Below are positions 35,700-44,116 of a stretch of 64,000 nt of DNA, one piece after another. Within the stretch, counting starts at the first letter, position 1, and each line of letters begins with the position of its first letter. The translations under genes were made by a program, and so were the position numbers. The notes under the pieces are model-generated. The model was not told the DNA's origin and did no database searches. It saw only the letters and a program-made list of their open reading frames with translations. This stretch comes from Acidimicrobiia bacterium (GTDB lineage Bacteria; Actinomycetota; Acidimicrobiia; IMCC26256; JAENVU01): NCBI GenBank assembly GCA_031422675.1, contig JANPMG010000172.1:324-64323 (forward strand), given 5' to 3'.

Positions 35700-36626
35700 T
35701 CATCGCTCGATGCGGTCGAGGTTCTCCCACGGGGAGATGACGAGCTCGATCGCCTCCTCGAACACGAGCACGTGGACCGGCTCCGTCTCGACGAGGTCGG
35801 CCCAGGCCGTGCCGTCGTTGATGGTGACGTGCGACGCTGGTACCGCGCGTTGTTTGGGATCGATCATCCCGGCGTCGTAGTAGGTGCGGTCGCAGATGCC
35901 GTTGCCCCAGTAGATGTAGTCGTTCGCGGTCGCCCACTCCGCGGCCGGATGCACCCGCGGCGCCGCGTCGCCGGGTGGCATCTCGATCCGGCTGACGAAC
36001 GCGGTGGGACCACCTCCGACCCGGGTCTCGATGGTTGACCCCCGCCGTTCGTGGACGACGGGGGACGCGCGCGTGATGATGGCGATCGGATCCATGGATG
36101 TCTGGGAGGAGCGCGCGTCGAACACCAGATAACGCGCCGTCCCGGATGTGTCGCCGACGAAGAGTGACCACTCCGCGCGGATCCCGTTCGCCAGACCCGA
36201 CACGCGGTACACGTTGAGGGTGATCAGATACTCGGGTTCGTCGTCGCGCAGGCACCGGATCGGGGCGGGCCGCAGATGCGCGGGCAGGCCGAGGCGCTCA
36301 CCCAACTCGTCGACGACCTCGGCGCGGATCCGGTAGACGAAGTAGACGGAGGGCGGATCGGCCTCGACGGTGAAGTTGACGAGTGGCTGCTCGCGCCCGA
36401 TCGCGATCATGAACCCCTGACGGAGCGCGAGCTGGGCGTACAGGAACCGCTTGAGGACCTTCCGGCCGCGTCGGCCGGCCGGGGTGAGCGGCTTCGTGAG
36501 CGGCTTCATGGGTGGCTTCATAGGTGGCGCGACCGATGGCCCCGCGCCGGTAAGCCCATGACCGCTGCCCGTCGTCGCGAGTGGTTTGTGAACACTGTTT
36601 ACCAACCTATCGGTTGACTCGCGCAT
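35700..36626 (-). CDS. hypothetical protein (start uncertain; possibly one of the ATGs at about 36520 in the PPMKPPMKPLTKPLT repeat)
   Basis: Protein-like composition across about 270 C-terminal codons. First gene after the TetR. No family recognised. N-terminal 12-nt tandem repeats lie at about 36484-36530. Confidence 0.6.
   Translation of the reverse strand: MRESTDRLVNSVHKPLATTGSGHGLTGAGPSVAPPMKPPMKPLTKPLTPAGRRGRKVLKRFLYAQLALRQGFMIAIGREQPLVNFTVEADPPSVYFVYRIRAEVVDELGERLGLPAHLRPAPIRCLRDDEPEYLITLNVYRVSGLANGIRAEWSLFVGDTSGTARYLVFDARSSQTSMDPIAIITRASPVVHERRGSTIETRVGGGPTAFVSRIEMPPGDAAPRVHPAAEWATANDYIYWGNGICDRTYYDAGMIDPKQRAVPASHVTINDGTAWADLVETEPVHVLVFEEAIELVISPWENLDRIER
36588..36602. promoter_or_regulatory. 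GTGAACACTGTTTAC near-palindrome, candidate TetR operator
   Basis: It matches the 26519 site at 13 of 15 positions. It lies between the TetR stop (36680) and the likely start of the next gene. A CAACC-TATC-GGTTG repeat sits 2 nt downstream on the plus strand (36604-36617). Confidence 0.4.
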
Positions 36627-36679
36627 CCATCAAGCCTCGGGGATCTCGTGCCGACTCCACGGTCGCCGACCACGGCGCC

Positions 36680-37330
36680 TCATTCGGATTTCGAGCTCGA
36701 GGGCGTGACCGGGATGGGCGCGGCGAGGCCGCGAAGGAGGTTGTCGATGACGGTGTCGATGACCCGCGCCTCGTACTCCGCGCCGAGGTCGATACCGGCG
36801 AGCAGCACGCTGGCCGTTCCGTGGGCGGCGGCCCAGATTGCAATGGCGACGAGGAGCGGATCTTCGGTGCGCAGCGCCCCGGAGAGCATGGCCGCCTCGA
36901 TCGCCGCGGCGCCACGCGCAAAGGCCTTGGATGCGGCGGGCAGCTCTTCGGCCGCGGGCTGGGGAGTCCAGTCGGGACGGAAGAGGAACATCACATGGAA
37001 CAATGCGGGGTCGTCACGCGCGTGCTCTACGTAGGCCGCGGCCTGACGACGGATCTGCTCGACGGGATCGGTGGCCTCGATCGCATCGAACCGTTCGATC
37101 AGGCGCTCGAACTCCAGTTCGGCCACCCCGCGGAGCAGGTCGAGCTTGTCGTCGACGTGGGCGTAGAGCGCGGGCGCGGTCACGCCGAGCTGCGCGCCGA
37201 TCCGGCGGAGCGAGAGTCCATCGAGTCCATCGGCCGCGAGGATCTCTCGTGCCACCGCGATGATGGCGTCTCGGGTCAAGCGGGGACGGGGGCTCGTCAC
37301 GGATGTCACCGTAGGTTGAACGTCGTTCAC
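36680..37330 (-). CDS. TetR/AcrR family transcriptional regulator
   Basis: The HTH is TRDAIIAVAREILAADGLDGLSLRRIGAQLGVTAPALYAHV. I place the start at the GTG at 37330. Alternative GTGs lie at 37309 and 37300. Confidence 0.85.
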   Translation of the reverse strand: MNDVQPTVTSVTSPRPRLTRDAIIAVAREILAADGLDGLSLRRIGAQLGVTAPALYAHVDDKLDLLRGVAELEFERLIERFDAIEATDPVEQIRRQAAAYVEHARDDPALFHVMFLFRPDWTPQPAAEELPAASKAFARGAAAIEAAMLSGALRTEDPLLVAIAIWAAAHGTASVLLAGIDLGAEYEARVIDTVIDNLLRGLAAPIPVTPSSSKSE

Positions 37331-37383
37331 TGGTCCACGGGGGGTGCTTGACCACCCGACACCCCCGTAGTTGACTGCCGCCC

Positions 37384-40300
37384 GTGTTGGGGGGTTCGGG
37401 CAGATTGCTCGCAATGTTCGTGGCGGCGGTGACCTTGACGCCGGCGGCGATGGCGGATGCGGGCGCCCGCGCGGCGGTCGATCCCGCGGCCGTCGATCAA
37501 CGCGCAGTCGGTCCGGCGGCGGGCGCGCCGGACTCGGGCGAGTTGCTCTACGTCACCGAAGGCAACCGGCTTCGGCGCATCGACGTGGACACGATCGGTC
37601 AGGAGACCCTCGCCGCGGATGTGCTCGTGGCCCCTGCGGCCGACGGCGGCCGGGACATCAACGGCCAGATGTGTGAGCTCCCCGGCGGGAACTTCGTCGC
37701 CGGTGAGGATTCGGGGCAACCGAACCCGCCCCCCGGTTGGGGCGTGTTCAGTCCCGACGGCACTCAGGTGGGCAAGCTCACCGCGAGCTACTTCGAGTCG
37801 GGCGCCGAGCCCCACGGCTGCGCAGTCGCTCCGAACGGCTCGCTCTTCACCGCCGAAGTGGGATTCCAGGGTTTCGGCACCGCGAACGGCCAGCTGATCC
37901 AGTGGTTCCCGCCCTACGACCGGTTTCCCGGCGCGCCCGGCGCCTATCCGAACACGATCGACCGCTCCACCAACTTCTGTAAGCTCGGCTCGGATCTCGG
38001 TACGGCCGGCGGAATCGCGATCGACGCGCGGGGCCGCGTCTACGTCACCGAGTCGTCGGGATTGCGGATCACCCGTTTCTCGCCGCCGTTCCCCACCGGT
38101 TCGGATGCGGCGGGCGGATGTGGTGGCGTCGATGCCACGGGCGCGCCGGTCGCGACCGCGGTCCAGCGTGAGGTCTTCACCACCGCGTCGGACGGAATGC
38201 TGACTTTCTCGGGGGTCGCGACGGCACCGAACGGCAACCTCTACGCGTCGAGTGTGCTCACCGGCCGCATCGCCGAGTACGACCTGTACGGCGCGCTGGT
38301 CCGGCTCATCCTGGCGCCCGAGGCGGGGGTGCCACCGATTCCCACCGGTCATCCTCAGGACATCACCGTCGGCGCCGACGGCACGATCTACTACGCGGAC
38401 CTCGACCTCCAGGGGTCCCTGCCGAACGTGGGTCCCGGACCCAACGGCAAGGTGTGGCGCATCCGCTTCGATGCCGCCGGCGATCCTCGGCCCCCCGAGT
38501 TGATCCGCCAGGGCCTGGCGTTCCCCGACGGCGTCGCGCTGTTCTCCGGCGACCTCGAACCCGACGCCGGGTTGCCGCTCGAGTGGCCGACCCTGGCCGG
38601 TGGCGCGCACCGTCGGTTCTTCAACGCGACGGAGCGCGATCTCACGGCCGCGACGGCACCGAATCTCATCGAACGGTGGCGCTACGAGACCGAGGCCGTC
38701 GTCACCGCGTCGCCCACGATCGCGACGGTCGATCGGGCGGACGGCCCGCGCCGATTGGTGTTCGTCTCGTCGTGGGACGGTCGTCTCGACGCGCTGGATT
38801 GGGCCACCGGTCGTGAAGTTTGGCGGTTCGCCTGGGAGGATCAGCCGGGCGCGTCGTTCCCCGGCGCGGGTTCGGCGACGGTGGCCGACGTCGACGGCGA
38901 CCGGCTCGTGATCTTCGGTGCCGGTGAGTACGTCTACGCCCTCGATGCGGCGACGGGCGCGGAGCGCTGGCGGTTTGCGGCGGGAACCGGATGCGGTACC
39001 GGCGCCAGTGGCAGTGGTGACGGCGACGGTGGGGGCGGATTCCCCGGGCTCTGCGGATTCTCCGGCGAACGCAACCAGGTGGAGTCCACGCCCATCGTGC
39101 ACGAGGGTCTCGTGTACTTCGGGATGGACGTCAACGATGTCGCCACGGGCAAGGGCGGCTTCTATGCGCTCGACGCCGCGGCCGGAACCCTGCGCTGGTT
39201 CTTCGACCCCGAGAGTGGTTCGGTGTGTCGGCCCGACGCCGATGAGACGGGGCCGGGCGACGAATCCGGGCCGGGCGACCAGATTCGTCGCTTCGACGGC
39301 TATCACTCCGAGAGTGAGCTCGGGCTTCCGAGCGCCTTCTTCTCCACCCGATCCGGGTGTGACCACCCCCGCACGCGCAACGGCTGCGGGAACGTGTGGT
39401 CCTCACCGGCGCTGGACGCCACACGGGGACTGCTCTTCTTCGGTACGAGCAACTGCGACACGGACACCAGCCCGGAGACGCCGGTCCCGGCGCCACCGAT
39501 GCCGCCCTACGACGAAGCGCTGGTGGCCCTCGATCTGGATGGAACGCCCGCCTGGCGGTGGCGGCCGCGCGAGGTGGACAACGACGACCTCGCGTTCGGA
39601 GCCGTCCCGAACCTCTTCACCATCGAGGTCGACGGTCGGCCGCGCGACGTGGTGGGCATCGGCGGGAAGGACGGCACCTACTACGTGATCGACCGGAGCG
39701 GCGTGAACGCGCGGAGTGGGAAGCGTTGGGATGATCCGTCGCCGCGTGACCTCCCGTACTGGGAGCGCACGGTCGTGCCCGGTGGCGCGATCGGCGGCAT
39801 CATCGCCACCGCGTCCGTCGACGAAACCACCCGTCGGGTGTTCTTCTCCACGGCGCCGGGCGAGGATGTCATCAATCCACAACGCCCCACCGTCCATGCG
39901 CTGGACCTGGACACCGGTGCGGTGGTCTGGCAGAACGTCGGCACGCTCGGTCTCGCCGGTGACGCCAGTTACGGTCCGACGAGTGGTGTGCCGGGCGTGG
40001 TGATCGTCGGCAGTGTCATCACGCCCCATCTCCGGTTCTTCGATGCGGTCACGGGCGCGCTCGTTGCCGACCACCCGGTGCGCGCGCAACAGACGCTGAG
40101 CGGGGTTGCGTCGGGTGCTGCGGTATTGGACGGCACGGTCGTGGTGGGTGCCGGGATCGGCTCGCGCACGAGTGGAGGATCGAGTCCGGGGGACTTCGCG
40201 GCGTATACGCCGTCGGCGATCGTCGCGCTGTGTGTTCCCGGCGCGCCGGGATGTGTGAAGCCCGAGCTGACTCCGGGGTCGGCCGCGGTGCGCGAACCCG

Positions 40301-40944
40301 ACGCGGGTGTGGTCGAAGTGCGGGTCCCGATCCGAATCGCTCAACCGGTGACGCAGTCGGTCGAGGTCAACTGGACGACGCTGGATCTCGACGCTCGGTC
40401 GCCGCAGGACTATGAGGCCGCGTCGGGCACGGTGGTGATTCCGCCGGGCGAGACCGAGGGGAGCGCGGTGGTGCGGGTCAAGCATGACGGCGTCGACGAA
40501 CCCCGCGTCGAGAAGTTCGCGGTGTCGTTCCGAGCACCGCGCAACGCGTCGCTCGGCGGCTTCCTGGGGCTCGCTGTCGTGGAGATCGAGGATCGTGATC
40601 CGGCGCCGACCGTGCGCGCCGGTGCCCTCGGGGCATTCGAGACCGACGCCGATCAGGTCGTGTACCTCCCGATCGAACTCTCGGCACCGAGCGATCGGCG
40701 GGTGACGGTCCGATGGGAGACCAAGCCGGGAACCGCGCGCAGCCGCCGCGATTTCGTGGCGGCGGAAGGTGAGGTGGTGTTCGCTCCGGGGCACTATCAC
40801 GCAGAAGTTCCCGTCACGGTGCGCGGCGACACCCGCCGTGAGCGCACCGAATACTTCTTCGTCGTACTCGACGACGCGCGTCACGCGTCGGTGGACGAGA
40901 ACGCCCCGGGCGCGGTCCTGATCCTCGACGACGACGCGAGTTAG
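37384..40944 (+). CDS. secreted multidomain protein: NHL/SGL-like propeller + PQQ-like (BamB-type) beta-propeller + two Calx-beta domains
   Basis: 1186 aa with a signal peptide (LLAMFVAAVTLTPAAMADA). N-terminal blades include GIAIDARGRVYVTESS and DITVGADGTIYYADLD. PQQ-like repeats include DGRLDALDWATGREVWRF, YVYALDAATGAERWRF and GGFYALDAAAGTLRWFF. The two C-terminal Calx-beta units are VEVNWTTLDLDARSPQDYEAASGTVVIPPGET...IEDRD and VTVRWETKPGTARSRRDFVAAEGEVVFAPG...ILDDD. Confidence 0.85.
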   Translation: MLGGSGRLLAMFVAAVTLTPAAMADAGARAAVDPAAVDQRAVGPAAGAPDSGELLYVTEGNRLRRIDVDTIGQETLAADVLVAPAADGGRDINGQMCELPGGNFVAGEDSGQPNPPPGWGVFSPDGTQVGKLTASYFESGAEPHGCAVAPNGSLFTAEVGFQGFGTANGQLIQWFPPYDRFPGAPGAYPNTIDRSTNFCKLGSDLGTAGGIAIDARGRVYVTESSGLRITRFSPPFPTGSDAAGGCGGVDATGAPVATAVQREVFTTASDGMLTFSGVATAPNGNLYASSVLTGRIAEYDLYGALVRLILAPEAGVPPIPTGHPQDITVGADGTIYYADLDLQGSLPNVGPGPNGKVWRIRFDAAGDPRPPELIRQGLAFPDGVALFSGDLEPDAGLPLEWPTLAGGAHRRFFNATERDLTAATAPNLIERWRYETEAVVTASPTIATVDRADGPRRLVFVSSWDGRLDALDWATGREVWRFAWEDQPGASFPGAGSATVADVDGDRLVIFGAGEYVYALDAATGAERWRFAAGTGCGTGASGSGDGDGGGGFPGLCGFSGERNQVESTPIVHEGLVYFGMDVNDVATGKGGFYALDAAAGTLRWFFDPESGSVCRPDADETGPGDESGPGDQIRRFDGYHSESELGLPSAFFSTRSGCDHPRTRNGCGNVWSSPALDATRGLLFFGTSNCDTDTSPETPVPAPPMPPYDEALVALDLDGTPAWRWRPREVDNDDLAFGAVPNLFTIEVDGRPRDVVGIGGKDGTYYVIDRSGVNARSGKRWDDPSPRDLPYWERTVVPGGAIGGIIATASVDETTRRVFFSTAPGEDVINPQRPTVHALDLDTGAVVWQNVGTLGLAGDASYGPTSGVPGVVIVGSVITPHLRFFDAVTGALVADHPVRAQQTLSGVASGAAVLDGTVVVGAGIGSRTSGGSSPGDFAAYTPSAIVALCVPGAPGCVKPELTPGSAAVREPDAGVVEVRVPIRIAQPVTQSVEVNWTTLDLDARSPQDYEAASGTVVIPPGETEGSAVVRVKHDGVDEPRVEKFAVSFRAPRNASLGGFLGLAVVEIEDRDPAPTVRAGALGAFETDADQVVYLPIELSAPSDRRVTVRWETKPGTARSRRDFVAAEGEVVFAPGHYHAEVPVTVRGDTRRERTEYFFVVLDDARHASVDENAPGAVLILDDDAS

Positions 40945-40964
40945 TGGTTGTCGCCGGCCGCGGC

Positions 40965-41483
40965 TCAGAGGGTGCGTTGCATCAGGACGAGGTCGAGCCA
41001 GCTGTCGAACTTTCTCCCAACCTCGGGCATCCTCGCCACGATCGCGAAGCCGAGCCGTTCGTGGAACGCGATCGAAGCATCGTTCGCGCCGTCGATGGCC
41101 GCGACCATGACGTGATTTCCGTTCGCCCGCGCCCGATCGACGAGCGCGGTCAGGAGCGCCCGCCCGATCCCGTCGCCCCACATGTCCTCACGCACGTGGA
41201 TGGTGTGTTCGACGGTGGTGCGGTAGCCCGGCCATTTTCCTGAGCCGCGGAAACTTCCGTAGGCCGCGAACCCGACCACCGCTCCGTCCCGTTGCGCAAC
41301 CAGCACGGGGAACCGATCTGCCTGCTGCTGACGAAACCAGGCCTGTCGCTCGCTCGACGTCTGCTCGGTCTCGGTCCACGCGACCGTCGACGTCGGGATC
41401 ATCGCGTTGTACATGGCCCGGATGTCCTCGAGGTCCGTCTCGGTCGCGTCCCTGATGAGCACCGGATCGGCGGAGAGACTCAT
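40965..41483 (-). CDS. GNAT family N-acetyltransferase (phosphinothricin acetyltransferase-like)
   Basis: 172 aa from the ATG at 41483. IRDATETDLEDIRAMYN, the RGSGKWPGY block and GIGRALLTALVDRARANG are typical of PAT-type GNATs. Confidence 0.85.
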   Translation of the reverse strand: MSLSADPVLIRDATETDLEDIRAMYNAMIPTSTVAWTETEQTSSERQAWFRQQQADRFPVLVAQRDGAVVGFAAYGSFRGSGKWPGYRTTVEHTIHVREDMWGDGIGRALLTALVDRARANGNHVMVAAIDGANDASIAFHERLGFAIVARMPEVGRKFDSWLDLVLMQRTL

Positions 41484-41550
41484 CGGCGCAGTTTGCTCGG
41501 GTTCGACGGCACGCCGGTGCGCGGCGATGGGTTCGTGTAAACCGAAGGTC

Positions 41551-42348
41551 ATGACGCACGAGCGCGAACACACCGAGCCCGTCGATCTGTGCACTTCCGA
41601 CGGCAACGCACTCAACCCGGACGCACGGGGATGGTCCCGGCGCCCGCTGCACGTCGAGGTCGACGGTCTCCACCTCGACCTCGTCGACAACGAGACCGGT
41701 ACCCGTCTCGTTGCGAGTTGGACCGAAACCGATGGTCGGGCCGGACGATTCGACATCGCAGTTGCGTTGCCTCCGGGTCACGAGTCGCTCAACGTCGTCA
41801 TCCCGTGGAGTGACGACGTCTTCAACTTCACGTCGAAGCATCAGGCGCGTCCGGCGACCGGAACGCTGATCGTGGGTGATCGGACGTGGCGGATCGGTGG
41901 TGATGCCGGTGATGCGTGGGGTGTGCTCGACGTCGGCCGGGGCCGCTGGCCGCACGAGATCACGTGGAACTGGGGCGGTGCCGCGGGCGGGAGCGGTGCG
42001 CACGTGATCGGGTTGCAGATCGGCGGCAAGTGGACCGCCGGCACCGGGTTCACCGAGAACGGCGTGATCGTCGACGGCCGGCTCACCAAGCTCGGCCCGG
42101 AGCTCGTCTGGGAGTACCGCTGGGACGAGCCGATGGAGCCGTGGACCGTGGACGATCCGGGCGGCCAACTCCATGCGGTGCTGACGCCGCGCTATGACAA
42201 GGTGACCGACGTCGACGAACAGAACCTCGGCAGTCAGGTGCATCAAGTGTTCGGCACGTGGACCGGTCACCTCACCACCGACGACGGTCTGCGGGTCGAG
42301 TTCGAAGACCTCCAAGGGTTCGCGGAGGAAGCGCGACAGCGTTGGTGA
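41551..42348 (+). CDS. DUF2804 domain-containing protein
   Basis: EPVDLCTSDG..LNPDARGWSRRPL, GRGRWPHEITWNWG and the C-terminal GFAEEARQRW match my recollection of the family. ATG at 41551. Confidence 0.7.
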   Translation: MTHEREHTEPVDLCTSDGNALNPDARGWSRRPLHVEVDGLHLDLVDNETGTRLVASWTETDGRAGRFDIAVALPPGHESLNVVIPWSDDVFNFTSKHQARPATGTLIVGDRTWRIGGDAGDAWGVLDVGRGRWPHEITWNWGGAAGGSGAHVIGLQIGGKWTAGTGFTENGVIVDGRLTKLGPELVWEYRWDEPMEPWTVDDPGGQLHAVLTPRYDKVTDVDEQNLGSQVHQVFGTWTGHLTTDDGLRVEFEDLQGFAEEARQRW

Positions 42349-42386
42349 CGCCCCGCCCGGGCGGCAGCTCGTCCGGTCCGGCGCCG

Positions 42387-43268
42387 ATGCAAGAAACGTC
42401 GGCCGTGACCCGAGCACGCGAGATCGCGCTCGTCCGTTCCCTCGCGCAGTTGCAGGACGATGACGACATCAACATCGACGACGAAGGCTGGGACAGCCGC
42501 GTCTACATCGTGAACCGCGGCCTGATCGTGTTCAAGTTTCCGCGCACCTCAGTGGCGCGGGTGGCGTACGCGAACGAGATCGAGATCATGCGGCAGCTCG
42601 ACGGGGGAGATGGCGTCACGCTCGTGCCGGTCGTGGAGTGGGTCGGTCCCGAGCACTCCTACCTGGGCTACCGGGGAATCGTCGGTCGTCAGCTCGGTCG
42701 GATCGCGAGTGCGCTGCCCGATGCCGATCGCATCCGGATCGGCCACGATCTCGGGCAGTTTCTGACCGTGCTGCACGGCGTGGAGTTCGACGGGCTTCCC
42801 ACGAGAACGGTCGCCGACGAGATCGCCGAGTTCACGCGAAAGTTCACCGCGAGTCAGGACGCGATCGCGGCGGAGTTCACGGGTTCGGAGATGGCCCGGC
42901 TCGACGAGTTCTTCTCGGCCCGCCTGCCGGAGAGGATGCACGGGTTGGGAAGCGAGCCGCGGGTCTGCCACGGCGACCTGGGCCTGTTCAACATGGTGCT
43001 CGGTGACGATGGTCGGATTGGCGTGATCGACTTCGGCGACGTCTCCGTCGTCGATCAGGCGAAGGATTTCATGGGTCTCGACGGCGTGATGCTCACCGCC
43101 GCGCTCGAAACGTACGGTGGTTCGGAGCGGCTGCGGGCCAAGGTCGACATCCGAACCCGGGCGTTACCGGCGCTCGACCTCCCGTTCTATCTCGGCAAGG
43201 GTGACGCGGCCGGGGTTGCGAACTGTGTCGCGCGGCTGCGAGCCACGGTGATCGACGGCGCGGGCTGA
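42387..43268 (+). CDS. aminoglycoside phosphotransferase (APH)/kinase-like family protein
   Basis: Brenner-type VCHGDLGLFNMV and the IGVIDFGD motif. ATG at 42387. Confidence 0.8.
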   Translation: MQETSAVTRAREIALVRSLAQLQDDDDINIDDEGWDSRVYIVNRGLIVFKFPRTSVARVAYANEIEIMRQLDGGDGVTLVPVVEWVGPEHSYLGYRGIVGRQLGRIASALPDADRIRIGHDLGQFLTVLHGVEFDGLPTRTVADEIAEFTRKFTASQDAIAAEFTGSEMARLDEFFSARLPERMHGLGSEPRVCHGDLGLFNMVLGDDGRIGVIDFGDVSVVDQAKDFMGLDGVMLTAALETYGGSERLRAKVDIRTRALPALDLPFYLGKGDAAGVANCVARLRATVIDGAG

Positions 43269-43286
43269 ACGCGCGCTGCTTCGGGA

Positions 43287-44024
43287 TCAGAACCTGGACG
43301 CGGTTCCCGGCACGCCGTGGGCGAAGAGGTCGGCGAAGGTGGCGTCTTCGCGCCGGCGCGCCGCGGTCACGAGATCGGTGCGGGCCGCGATGATGAGCCC
43401 CTTCGTCGCAACGATCGAACCGAGCGGCCCGGCGGTGACGATCTCCCGAGCGAGCGCGACGGTGCGGGCGACGACCTCGGCGTCGGGCACCACGTCGAGC
43501 GCCAAGCCGGCGGCCACGGCATCGGCCGCACTGACCCACCGTCCCGACAGCAGGATGTGCGCGGCGCGCTGCCACCCCATGAGGGCGGCGAAGGTGGCCG
43601 AGGAACCCGCTTCGGGGGCAACGCCGAGCGGCACGAAGGGGCCGCGCAATCGGGCGGACTCCGCGATCAAGGCCGCGTCGCAATAGGGGAGGAGGGTCAT
43701 TCCGATGCCCACGCCCACGCCGTTCACCGCCGCGAGGAGCGCCTTCGGGAACCCGGCGATCCCGTCCATGAACGCGCCGAACGATGCGCCCTGATCCGCG
43801 CCCGCGTCTCCGGCGGCCGCGCCCATGAGCTCGCCGAGATCGTTGCCCGCGCAGAATGCTCGCCCGTTGCCGGTGAGGACCACCGCGCCGATGTCGCTGT
43901 TGGCGGCGGCCTCGGCGAGGTTGTCGGCGCAGGCGCGATACAGCGCGCTGGTCATGGCGTTCAGCTTGTCGGGTCGGTCGAGGGTCAAGACCCGCACGCC
44001 GCCGTCGTCACGTGATTGGAGCAT
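43287..44024 (-). CDS. enoyl-CoA hydratase/isomerase family protein
   Basis: VRVLTLDRPDKLNAM, VVLTGNGRAFCAGNDL and GVGIGMTLLPYCD motifs. The start is ATG at 44024 or 44039. Confidence 0.85.
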   Translation of the reverse strand: MLQSRDDGGVRVLTLDRPDKLNAMTSALYRACADNLAEAAANSDIGAVVLTGNGRAFCAGNDLGELMGAAAGDAGADQGASFGAFMDGIAGFPKALLAAVNGVGVGIGMTLLPYCDAALIAESARLRGPFVPLGVAPEAGSSATFAALMGWQRAAHILLSGRWVSAADAVAAGLALDVVPDAEVVARTVALAREIVTAGPLGSIVATKGLIIAARTDLVTAARRREDATFADLFAHGVPGTASRF

Positions 44025-44116
44025 GCCGGATCCTTGCATGTTCGCCGGTGGCGTTCGGCAGTGCCGGTCAGGCCGCGGTCCGCCCGCGACCACGACGCTC
44101 GGCGGGTGACGCTCGG

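Noticed and set aside
41551-42348. Possible internal deletion in the DUF2804 protein. At 265 aa it seems short, and the segment after RRPLH looks compressed relative to my recollection of family members.
   Set aside because: This rests only on my memory of typical family length and sequence. It cannot be established without an alignment or HMM coverage profile. The reading frame is intact and the conserved C-terminal blocks are present.
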